A DNA stretch of 64,000 nt, taken from assembly GCA_035529595.1 (NCBI GenBank), contig DATKWK010000035.1, forward strand, positions 49,067 to 113,066, given 5' to 3'. Positions within the stretch are counted from its first letter, which is position 1, and each line of letters opens with the position of its first letter. The DNA is from Candidatus Bathyarchaeia archaeon. Lineage in GTDB: Bacteria > Patescibacteriota > Microgenomatia > PFEM01 > JAFGMK01. This document shows, in pieces, positions 8,856 to 16,888 of this stretch. The notes beneath the pieces are model-generated. The model worked only from the letters and a program-made list of their open reading frames with translations, was not told where the DNA came from and searched no databases. The translations under genes and the position numbers were made by a program.

Positions 8856-9019
8856 ATGAAAGTCAAAATTAGGAAAGCCACCAGTACGGATTTTAAGATC
8901 TTTCAAAATCTTAATACCAAGCTCTTTTTTTATGATAAAAAATTTGACCCCGAACTTGATCTGAAATGGCCGAACAAGAAAGTAGGAGTTAGTTACTATC
9001 AGGATCTGCTTAAAGAAAA
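8856..9019 (+). pseudogene. N-terminal fragment of a GNAT acetyltransferase, truncated where repeat copy 2 begins.
   Basis: MKVKIRKATSTDFKIFQNL is a typical GNAT start. The reading frame then runs into the repeat sequence and ends after 73 aa. Confidence 0.35.
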
Positions 9020-9138
9020 TAATAGTTTAACACACCTTCAAGGTGTCTTATCCTTGACACCTCGGTCATCCAGATAAATCCAGGCTAGGCCCTTAAATAG
9101 CGTGAAATCATAAAAAACACGAATAATCAAGCTATTTC
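9020..9138. repeat. Copy 2 of the ~115-nt hairpin-rich direct repeat.
   Basis: Aligns with 6564..6678 (ACACCTTCAAGGTGTCTTA.CCTTGACACCTCGGTCATCC...AAATAGCGTG...CATAAAAAACAC.AATAATC.AGCTATTTC). Confidence 0.6.
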
Positions 9139-9142
9139 GTAG

Positions 9143-9160
9143 GTGACCCCACAGGGAAAT
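9143..9160 (-). repeat. Degenerate copy of the tRNA-Glu 3' end. It is a candidate far att site (attR-like) for the tRNA-Glu island.
   Basis: GTGACCCCACAGGGAAAT matches plus-strand 12261.. GTGACCCCACGGGGAATC at 16 of 18 positions in the same orientation. I estimate a chance match in 64 kb at about 0.003. Confidence 0.4.
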
Positions 9161-9320
9161 ACCTCAAACACCATCTCAGTCTATCTTTTAACCACCTATC
9201 AGAAATTCAATGGGTATTATCTCCCCCAGTCGATCCAATTTCCTTTATCAATTTAGGTAAATTTGCTAAAATCATTTCATGGGCAAGATAGTGAGTCTGA
9301 AAGATTTAAAATAAAAGAGA

Positions 9321-9842
9321 TTGCCAAAGCCTGTCGTCTTTACTGGTGGTACCTTTGATCTTTTTCATAATGGTCATGCAGAATTCTTGCGGCTATGTAA
9401 AAGTTTTGGTCAAACTTTGGTGGTTTTAGTTTCTAATGATCGGCGGGTAAAGGACAGAAAGGGTTCTTCTAGACCTGTTATTGGAGAAAAAGATAGGTTG
9501 AAATTAGTTAGTTACCTGAAATTTGTTGATTATGCTTTTTTAGGTGGCAGTCTTAGATGTGAAGATAAAAAATTGTGTGCGGCTGTTAAGGCGGACATTT
9601 TAGTTTTGTCTGACGAAAATAAGCAAGAGAAGATGGCTTATTTAAAAAAAAGCTTTAGCAAGGAAGGCCTGGCGAAAGAGATTAAGGTGAAGTTTGTGCC
9701 AGCCAAGTTTTATTCGGCAAGTCTGTCAACTACTAGGTTGATTGAATCAATTAAAAATGGGACGGTTTGGAGGTCGGATATTAAAGAAAAATTTATTAAA
9801 AGAGGTTCATCATCCCACATTGGTAATGAAAAAAGAGCCTAA
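9321..9842 (+). CDS. Cytidylyltransferase-like (HIGH-motif) nucleotidyltransferase.
   Basis: FTGGTFDLFHNGH is the (T/H)xGH nucleotidyltransferase signature near the N-terminus. The ORF has a TTG start. Confidence 0.65.
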   Translation: MPKPVVFTGGTFDLFHNGHAEFLRLCKSFGQTLVVLVSNDRRVKDRKGSSRPVIGEKDRLKLVSYLKFVDYAFLGGSLRCEDKKLCAAVKADILVLSDENKQEKMAYLKKSFSKEGLAKEIKVKFVPAKFYSASLSTTRLIESIKNGTVWRSDIKEKFIKRGSSSHIGNEKRA

Positions 9843-9990
9843 ATAAACTAGACTCTCTTATCATTGTCAGATACCAGTTCTGACTACGAACTACCAACAG
9901 CTTATATTATACCAAGAGAATACTACGATACCTACCACCTAGTTTTTTCGCATTATGATATGGATGTTAAACTTGGTAGAATAGGACTTA

Positions 9991-10236
9991 ATGCAAACCA
10001 AAGACGAAAACATCAATCAGATTCCAACCCTCAAGCAAGCCTTGGACAAACTTATGACTTCTGGTACAGTCGTGGGGCAAATATCGGCTCCGATCTCATT
10101 CGAGGACGATTCGATCATCTTCGATAATTCACCACTATCAGCCGTAAAGTCCCTCAAAGTCAATCTGTACTCAACTGAAACAGAGGAAATGGGAATTCTC
10201 CACAAACTTCATACTATGACCAGGAGTGTAGAATAA
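9991..10236 (+). CDS. Small hypothetical ORF. It overlaps out of frame with ORF 9864..10127 and may be a decayed gene.
   Basis: 81 aa with no motif. An antisense ORF of equal size is also present. Confidence 0.15.
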   Translation: MQTKDENINQIPTLKQALDKLMTSGTVVGQISAPISFEDDSIIFDNSPLSAVKSLKVNLYSTETEEMGILHKLHTMTRSVE

Positions 10237-10238
10237 GT

Positions 10239-10805
10239 TTATCGTTTACTTTGTCTTGCAGCTTCAATGGCGAATCTGGAGCGATAATCTCCAGGATACG
10301 GACTCCAGCCAAACCCCATTTCGATAATCCCACTGAAATACTGCTGTGTATCAGGCGATAGTGTCGTGAAGTTGTCTATTAACAACCCCAAACCAGGATC
10401 ACTTTTATTGCTCGCAAGCATAAGCTGAAAAGCAAATGGCGGGTATGCAATCTCCTCGACCCATCTCCATATTTTTAACTTGGTATCAATTCGCAGTTGT
10501 GGGCCTTGGATTCTGGCTCTTGGTCCGAAATACAAAAACATTCCTAGTTCCATGCCCGAAGGAATCGCTTCCGTGGATTTTTCCAAAATAATTCGTTTTA
10601 TAGCGGGATACCTACCAGCCAAATCCCATGAACCACTCAAACTGCACATGCACGATAATACCTGTCGCACAAAGGCTCCAGGCTTGACCGCTCCATCTTT
10701 CTTGCTACCGAATGTGACATTCTCCCCAAAAGGCCCGACTGTGTTGTTTAATTGGGGAATAACTCCAGAACCGAAACCATTGATAAACTTATTTGCCTTT
10801 GCCAC
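10239..10805 (-). CDS. Hypothetical protein, the fourth and last gene of the TIR-like cassette.
   Basis: 188 aa with a GTG start 35 nt after the HNH gene stop, on the same strand. No motif recognised. The reading frame is open upstream into the HNH gene's 3' end (...TGKLYGEEYKNW-VAKANKF). Confidence 0.45.
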   Translation of the reverse strand: MAKANKFINGFGSGVIPQLNNTVGPFGENVTFGSKKDGAVKPGAFVRQVLSCMCSLSGSWDLAGRYPAIKRIILEKSTEAIPSGMELGMFLYFGPRARIQGPQLRIDTKLKIWRWVEEIAYPPFAFQLMLASNKSDPGLGLLIDNFTTLSPDTQQYFSGIIEMGFGWSPYPGDYRSRFAIEAARQSKR

Positions 10806-10840
10806 CCAGTTTTTGTATTCTTCCCCATAAAGTTTTCCAG

Positions 10841-11212
10841 TCAGTGAGTTGCAATCCCTACAGAGGGTATAACCAAAAATGCCCCCTGTTCAATTAAATG
10901 TTTTGCGTTTGGATTTTCTTCAAGCCGATCTCTCAACCAGTCGTCAAATGAAAGATGAGTGAGTCGCTCTTTATTTCCACTCGCTCTTGGTGGAATATGC
11001 TCTTTTGTCAGATTGGTAACTTTCCCACACAAACGGCATTGTCCTTGTAAGGGTCGTCTGGGAAGCATGGCAACTGTATCTTCAGAAGAAATATCGCCAT
11101 TGACTGCGATCTTTACATAACTGGAAGGAGCTGCTTGTAAAGCTTCATCAAAAAGTCGTTTTACTTCAGGGTCAGTTGGATCAATGTCTTTGGCCACTAT
11201 TTTCCAGCTCAT
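10841..11212 (-). CDS. HNH-like endonuclease domain protein.
   Basis: The zinc-finger/His-Me pattern CRLCGKVTNLTKEHIPPRASGN matches C-x2-C...(D/E)H-x2-P...G.N. Confidence 0.5.
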   Translation of the reverse strand: MSWKIVAKDIDPTDPEVKRLFDEALQAAPSSYVKIAVNGDISSEDTVAMLPRRPLQGQCRLCGKVTNLTKEHIPPRASGNKERLTHLSFDDWLRDRLEENPNAKHLIEQGAFLVIPSVGIATH

Positions 11213-11233
11213 ATTAAAATTAAGTCTATCTCG

Positions 11234-11773
11234 TTAATGAGTTGGCAAACTACTTACTCCGCATAGCAAGGCCAGTCCGAGAATCACATATACAATGCCA
11301 AACGCCCAAGGGACAAAAAGCTCGACATGAGAGAATGGAAAATATTTGTTATTGTCTTTTCCTTTGCCCAAGATGTCCCACTCATGTTTGTATATTGCCA
11401 AAGGGAGCTGTTTTTCAATGTCATGCAGGACATTGAACTTGCCAGTATTGAGTTGTTTATAAGATCTGATCAAAAACCAAAATATAACACAGATTATGAT
11501 GCCTACAAAGGCCACCATGGCTTTAATCCAAGCGTAACCCTCAAGGATTCTATACTGAATCGAAAGACCAATCAGTGAGATTAAGGCGGTGTTAATGGTG
11601 ATGAAGTAGTTGTTTGCGTTCTGTCGGCGGTCACTGATTTTCTCAATGCTCTCAATATAAAGTTTATACTGCTCCAGGTAGTGATCCTTATACTTTGATC
11701 CGTACTGCTTCTCCGTTTTGACAAATAGGTCGCTCATAGTTTGTAAATCCGAAAGCCATAGGCAGAAAGTCAA
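11234..11773 (-). CDS. Small multi-TM membrane protein. It is a candidate membrane effector with SLATT-like topology; this is not confirmed.
   Basis: N-terminal ~45-aa soluble region (MSDLFVKTEKQYGSKYKDHYLEQYKLYIESIEKISDRRQ), then two adjacent TM helices (FITINTALISLIGLSIQY and WIKAMVAFVGIIICVIFWFLI) and a third C-terminal TM helix. The likely start is ATG 11737; the track's TTG at 11773 abuts the upstream stop. Confidence 0.5.
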   Translation of the reverse strand: MTFCLWLSDLQTMSDLFVKTEKQYGSKYKDHYLEQYKLYIESIEKISDRRQNANNYFITINTALISLIGLSIQYRILEGYAWIKAMVAFVGIIICVIFWFLIRSYKQLNTGKFNVLHDIEKQLPLAIYKHEWDILGKGKDNNKYFPFSHVELFVPWAFGIVYVILGLALLCGVSSLPTH

Positions 11774-12154
11774 TCAAAGGGAATTGATAAAATTGGCGAT
11801 GCCATCCCAGCTCCACTCAATAACTTTATAGCCATCCAATTCGGCAGGGACTGATCCTTTATCATCTTTGTGTATATGCACTCCCAACATCGGCACACCT
11901 TCTTCGTCTGCACACTGCATTTCCCACTTGGCCCCATCAGCGTTCCAGGTTTTCTTGCTGATCAAAGCAATTACAGCATCACAACTCTTAATCCGTTCCC
12001 TGCATTTGGTTTTCCATGAACTGTCCCAAGGTTCTTTAACGGACATATCAGTAAATTCAAAAGGACTCCGTTTATCTTTGCCCTGTTGAACCAAAAAATC
12101 TCTGGCGTATTCGTCCTCAATGGCGAAGCTGATAAAAACTCGTTTGTTGCTCAT
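11774..12154 (-). CDS. TIR-like domain protein of the DUF1863 / MTH538-type, ThsB-like.
   Basis: KRVFISFAIEDEYARDFLVQQ matches the canonical VFISF..(E/D).. TIR start. CDAVIALISKKTW...KWEMQCADEEGVPMLGVHIH parallels the DUF1863 core (V.VLIG......SKWV.WEI..A.E....I..V). Confidence 0.55.
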   Translation of the reverse strand: MSNKRVFISFAIEDEYARDFLVQQGKDKRSPFEFTDMSVKEPWDSSWKTKCRERIKSCDAVIALISKKTWNADGAKWEMQCADEEGVPMLGVHIHKDDKGSVPAELDGYKVIEWSWDGIANFINSL

Positions 12155-12169
12155 AGTATATAGCTGCTT

Positions 12170-12198
12170 TCGGGTTTAATTATACTCTTATACAAGCC
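12170..12198 (-). promoter_or_regulatory. Sigma70-like promoter for the cassette.
   Basis: On the minus strand TTGATC, a 17-nt spacer, then TATAAT lie about 15 nt upstream of the TIR-like gene's ATG. Confidence 0.4.
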
Positions 12199-12260
12199 AG
12201 GGATCAACGAAAAGGGGACGGTTCTCAAACAGCCTCATAATTCGTAAAAGTCGGGACTTG

Positions 12261-12333
12261 TGACCCCACGGGGAATCGAACCCCGATTTTCAGGATGAAA
12301 ACCTGATGTCCTAAGCCATTAGACGATGGGGCC
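12261..12333 (-). tRNA. tRNA-Glu (anticodon UUC).
   Basis: 73-nt cloverleaf GGCCCCA/TGGGGTC acceptor with a G-U pair. T-arm CGGGG-TTCGATT-CCCCG, anticodon loop TTTTCAT, D-arm TCGTCTAATGGCTTAGGACA typical of tRNA-Glu. CCA is not encoded. Confidence 0.9.
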
Positions 12334-12482
12334 TAATGTCTGAAAAAATCAAAAAAAGTTTTGCTTATTTTAGCAGAAAGGCCTTGATACAAGCAAGACA
12401 AAGATAATCTTTTCATTCAATCATACATAATTTTGGGTCCAGTATTTTCCGTTAATCGAGAATCTGTTAAAATCAAACCGTA

Positions 12483-13217
12483 GTGACAACAAAGACTTAC
12501 GATATCCAAATCAAAACAAAGATTAGAATACCCGTTAAGATAGCTCTCGCCAGCGATTTCCACTTGAAACAAAATTCAAGCTCTCTAATTAGAGATTTAG
12601 TACGGACCTTGAATAAAGAACCAGCGGATCTGATCTTTCTTGTCGGTGATTTTGTTCAAAACCATCGGAAACTGCACTTTCTTGACCCTCTTTCCGAGAT
12701 AAGGAATAAAAATATTTTTGCCGTCTTGGGAAACCATGACTTTAACATCAATCTACCTTGGCAAAAGCCAGATTACTTGATAGCGAAGCTAATAGAAAAC
12801 TACTTAAAAAATATGGGTATTAAAGTTTTACGCAACCAGAAGACAAGCGTAAAGATAAGTAACCAATCAATTTCTATAACCGGTATAGACGATCTCTGGA
12901 CCAGGCAACCCTTCCCTGCAGATTTTAGACAGACAGACATCCTTTTATCACATAACCCGGACATCATTCTTTATCCACCAGTGACATCATCACTGATTCT
13001 CTCAGGCCATACTCACGGCGGATCAGTCAGCTTTTACCCGATCAGGCGGCTTTTCTCTTTCTTAAATTGTCGCGTGGGCAGAAGAATTAGCAATGGTCTT
13101 TTTAGCTATGAAAAGCGCCAGGTTTTTATCACGCCCGGAATCGGCAAACTGATGGGCTTGATAAGAAAAGGGGTCAAACCAGAAATTAGCTATCTAACGC
13201 TAAATTGTAGGTATTAA
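12483..13217 (+). CDS. Calcineurin-like metallophosphoesterase.
   Basis: Motifs DFH (ASDFHL), GDFV, GNHD and GHTHGG. Confidence 0.75.
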   Translation: MTTKTYDIQIKTKIRIPVKIALASDFHLKQNSSSLIRDLVRTLNKEPADLIFLVGDFVQNHRKLHFLDPLSEIRNKNIFAVLGNHDFNINLPWQKPDYLIAKLIENYLKNMGIKVLRNQKTSVKISNQSISITGIDDLWTRQPFPADFRQTDILLSHNPDIILYPPVTSSLILSGHTHGGSVSFYPIRRLFSFLNCRVGRRISNGLFSYEKRQVFITPGIGKLMGLIRKGVKPEISYLTLNCRY

Positions 13218-13266
13218 ACTTCATATTTAAAGTGTATATCGAACTGAAGACAGATTCTTATTGGGA

Positions 13267-15582
13267 TCAGTCTGTTATCAGCTTGTCAAGAATTTCTACT
13301 TCTTTACTTAGGGTTTCATCGCCGATTACTTGTTGCTCAGCCAGCAGATAACGTTTAAAAGCAGCAATTAAGTCTTTATAGCATTGGGAAACTTTAAGCG
13401 GAACGGAAGTTCTCTCCCATTTACTCAACTGGATTTTTTCAGGAATCAGAATTCCGCTAATTGAGTTGATTGAAGGCTCTTCTACTTCCTCATTCATCTC
13501 CCTGCTCTCCCGTTCATCACTTATCCAGATTTTCATCAGATTCGCGTAGCGGCCCAGGAGTATTGCCTTACGAATTCCACTGTTTTGGTAAAAATCCGCC
13601 TCTGAATCTGCAATCAGCGCATTTTTATAATTGCTAAAATATTTACCTTCTCTGTCAGTATACCTGGCCGTTAGTTTGAGCGCCGGCGAGTTAGAATCAG
13701 TCAGTTTTTTTAACTTCAAAAGAACGATGCCGCCTTTCACTCCTTCATCACGCCTTTCCGACGGAAATAGCGTGTTAACTTTCATAATTTCACCTGTTGC
13801 CAGATCTGCTTCCGGTGAACCGTAGACCTTCTCAATGTCAAAGTCAGCTGACGTGACTTCAAGGGCCAAATCAAATACTAACGGCGTAACCATATATTCA
13901 AACCCTTCGTCCATTCTGTACTGGAAATCTTTAGCCGAATGAATAGCATAGTAATTCGATCCCTTGATTTTGGTTATGAATTCAACCAGCTCGGTATTAA
14001 AATCTACGCCAATTCCGATAAAGGTAGTATAGATGACCTCATCTGCATTAATCTTAGTTAATCCTAATAAGCCTTTTTCATCAAGCATCCCGGTATTGGG
14101 TTGGGCATCAGTTAAGAATATAATTCTATTTTCGTAATCTTTTTTACTCAGGTCTTTAAACGCCTGTAAAAGCTGGGTCGCTTCTTGATAACCCGACTCC
14201 ATGTTGGTACTGCCGCTATCGGTAATTTCCAGTACATGCTCCTTTAGTCTGGTAATATTGGTTGTCTCGACTAAGCGCATTGGTTTGGCGACATAACCAA
14301 TGTCGTTATAAAGAACCATTCCATACCTATCCCCCGGCTTAAGATGGTCAAGCAAGGCGACCACAGATTTGTTGGCAATCGCCATTTTGGTCTCATTTGA
14401 ATCTTCAGCCTCCTCAAGTTCTTGTCTATTTCCAAATTGGTCATAGTAATATTTATTAAACGGCGAACCCATTGACGCGGAGATATCAAGAACAATGGCT
14501 AAATTGAGTTTTTTTCTCTCAAATTCTGATTGCTTTATGCCTGAATTGAGACCAACGGCAAGATAATATTCTTTTCCTTGAGACAAAGGATCTTTACTTA
14601 TGGCATAACTGTATGATGGGCAAAACAGCTCAGAGCAAGGCTCAGCTTGGCCGGTTTCAAAATAATAATCATAGAAAAGGCCTTCATAGGTCACGTCAGT
14701 CACCAGCGGCAGGTAACCGTTTTGAATGTTAGCCCGGAAGTTATTGATGTCCTTGGCACCGCCGGTTGATAAACCGATATTTTCCGACATATCAGGCATC
14801 GATTTTAAGTTTGATAGAGGGGCAAATTGTCCCGCAGGAGATAAACCACCGCCGCCGCCGGCTTTAGGTAACGTATTATATTGAAACTGTAATAGATTGA
14901 CTCCAAAAAGCAGATCTCGCAACAGAAAAATTATAATAACCGTAAACAAAAAACCACTAGCAGCTAAATTAAAATTAATTGATATGCTTTTAAGCAATTT
15001 TCTCTTATAGCCCCTAGTGTCTTTCTTAAGTAATTTCCGACTTACCCAAATTAAAAACATTGAAGGTATATAAACAATGGTAATTAGCCAGGAAATCACC
15101 ATTCCTGTCGCTACTACTACCACTGCTCCGGTAATAGAAACCTCATACCAGTTGAAATTTAAGGCAAGATACAGGGAAAAAACTACCGATACCAGACCAA
15201 TAAAAAAGTAGCCCAGTTTCTTTCTTAATTGTTCCTTTGTTCCGAAAAATAAGTTCGGCCTGAATTTCCTGATAACAGAGCCGGCAAATCGATATAGAAG
15301 ATACCAGAGCGAAAGCGGTATCAGGGCAAATAAAACTGAAAAAGCCAATAACAACATTATTTTAACCGGTGTTAAGCCAGACCAGATTTCCTGAACAGAT
15401 AAAATCCTGTCAAGGTTAACACTAGGAACATATTGCCAATCATCTGTTTGTCCGGAGCCAAGAGGAATATTGATTTTAGAAAGAAACTGCTGTGAAATAA
15501 ATGATACTAAAACGATCAAAATTGCACCGATGACAATAAAGTTCCACTTATTTGCAAAGGGTTTATTATTTTTCGCTTCCAT
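13267..15582 (-). CDS. Multi-TM membrane protein with a von Willebrand factor A domain.
   Basis: Several N-terminal TM helices. MIDAS motif LAIVLDISASMGS (DxSxS), a later T/D pair and a Gly5 run. Confidence 0.65.
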   Translation of the reverse strand: MEAKNNKPFANKWNFIVIGAILIVLVSFISQQFLSKINIPLGSGQTDDWQYVPSVNLDRILSVQEIWSGLTPVKIMLLLAFSVLFALIPLSLWYLLYRFAGSVIRKFRPNLFFGTKEQLRKKLGYFFIGLVSVVFSLYLALNFNWYEVSITGAVVVVATGMVISWLITIVYIPSMFLIWVSRKLLKKDTRGYKRKLLKSISINFNLAASGFLFTVIIIFLLRDLLFGVNLLQFQYNTLPKAGGGGGLSPAGQFAPLSNLKSMPDMSENIGLSTGGAKDINNFRANIQNGYLPLVTDVTYEGLFYDYYFETGQAEPCSELFCPSYSYAISKDPLSQGKEYYLAVGLNSGIKQSEFERKKLNLAIVLDISASMGSPFNKYYYDQFGNRQELEEAEDSNETKMAIANKSVVALLDHLKPGDRYGMVLYNDIGYVAKPMRLVETTNITRLKEHVLEITDSGSTNMESGYQEATQLLQAFKDLSKKDYENRIIFLTDAQPNTGMLDEKGLLGLTKINADEVIYTTFIGIGVDFNTELVEFITKIKGSNYYAIHSAKDFQYRMDEGFEYMVTPLVFDLALEVTSADFDIEKVYGSPEADLATGEIMKVNTLFPSERRDEGVKGGIVLLKLKKLTDSNSPALKLTARYTDREGKYFSNYKNALIADSEADFYQNSGIRKAILLGRYANLMKIWISDERESREMNEEVEEPSINSISGILIPEKIQLSKWERTSVPLKVSQCYKDLIAAFKRYLLAEQQVIGDETLSKEVEILDKLITD

Positions 15583-15629
15583 CCAATCTGATTATTACAC
15601 TAATTGTCCCGTAAGTTCAAGAAACATTT

Positions 15630-16745
15630 TTATTCCCGTTCATAAAATGGTTTCTTAACTACTGCAGCTGTTCGTAGCTGATCATGTATTGTAACTTCTA
15701 CCTGGGTTCCTATTTTAGAATAGCCTCTTTCTACGTATGCGAGGGCAATAGCCCGATTGAGAGTCGGCGACAACATTCCGCTAGTTACCATACCTACCAT
15801 GCAATCACTAACACTAACGGGATAATTTGACCTGGCAATGCCTTTACCAACCATCTGCAAACCAACTAAAACAATGGGACAGCCTTCATGCTTGATTCGT
15901 ATTAAAGCATCCCTGCCTATGAAGTGATCTTTTTTAAACCCGACCGCCCAACCTAAGCCGGCCTGAATAGGATTAATGTCGGGCCCAAGCTCATGGCCAT
16001 AAAGCGGCATACCCGCTTCAAGTCGCAGAGAATCCCGGGCGCCAAGGCCGACCGGCACCGCGCCATTGGCAAGAATCTCATCCCATAACTTCCCCGCATC
16101 GCCTTCAAAAAAAATTTCAAGCCCTTTCTCGCCGGTATATCCGGTACGGGCAACCAAGGCCATTTGCCCGTCTATATCAATCTCAACTATATGATGTCGT
16201 TCCAAAGAAGCAAGGTTAAATCCCGTAAGCGGTTGCAGCACTGCTTCCGCATTTGGACCCTGCAAAGCTAGAGCGCTTCTTCCTCCCGAAATGTCTTCAA
16301 TTTTAACTTGCCGATAAGGACCGCGTTCTTTTTGGTCTTGAAGCCAATCTAAATCAGTCTGCCTGGTTCCGGCATTAACAACAACAAAATACTCTTCATC
16401 AGCTAACCGATAGACAAAAACATCATCAACTGTTCCGCCTTTGGCTTTACAGACTAAAGAATATTTTGCTTCTCCCACCTCTAAACCCGAAAGATCCCTC
16501 GTCATCACTCTCTGAAGGTAAGGCAACGCCTCCGGACCTTCGACGACAACTTGTCCCATGTGACAGATATCAAAAAGACCGGCCGCTGTCCGAACAGCCT
16601 GATGTTCCCTTAATATTGATGTATACCAAATTGGCATTTCCCAATCACCGAAAGTAGCCATATGTGCACCTAAAGCTAGATGGCGATCATGCAGGTTAGT
16701 TGTTTGAACCGGTGACTTAGACGCTAGTCTTTCAACTTTACTCAT
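15630..16745 (-). CDS. gcvT: Glycine cleavage system T protein (aminomethyltransferase).
   Basis: N-terminus MSKVERLASKSPVQTTNLHDRHLALGAHMATFGDWEMPIWY... and the folate-binding region are typical of GcvT. Length 371 aa. Confidence 0.85.
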   Translation of the reverse strand: MSKVERLASKSPVQTTNLHDRHLALGAHMATFGDWEMPIWYTSILREHQAVRTAAGLFDICHMGQVVVEGPEALPYLQRVMTRDLSGLEVGEAKYSLVCKAKGGTVDDVFVYRLADEEYFVVVNAGTRQTDLDWLQDQKERGPYRQVKIEDISGGRSALALQGPNAEAVLQPLTGFNLASLERHHIVEIDIDGQMALVARTGYTGEKGLEIFFEGDAGKLWDEILANGAVPVGLGARDSLRLEAGMPLYGHELGPDINPIQAGLGWAVGFKKDHFIGRDALIRIKHEGCPIVLVGLQMVGKGIARSNYPVSVSDCMVGMVTSGMLSPTLNRAIALAYVERGYSKIGTQVEVTIHDQLRTAAVVKKPFYERE

Positions 16746-16888
16746 TTAACCTCCCTTAACGGCAAAATTATTCTAATCAGTAAATTGTAAAAAATCATAT
16801 CATTTCTTATAGGTTTATGTCAAACAGAAAATTGACTCTATTTTTCCAATCTATCCGTATTATAATAATTATTTAACAATAAGTTTTT

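Noticed and set aside
10480-10830. 116-aa plus-strand ORF.
   Set aside because: It is antisense to, and fully inside, the minus-strand cassette gene 10239..10805, which has a collinear operon context.
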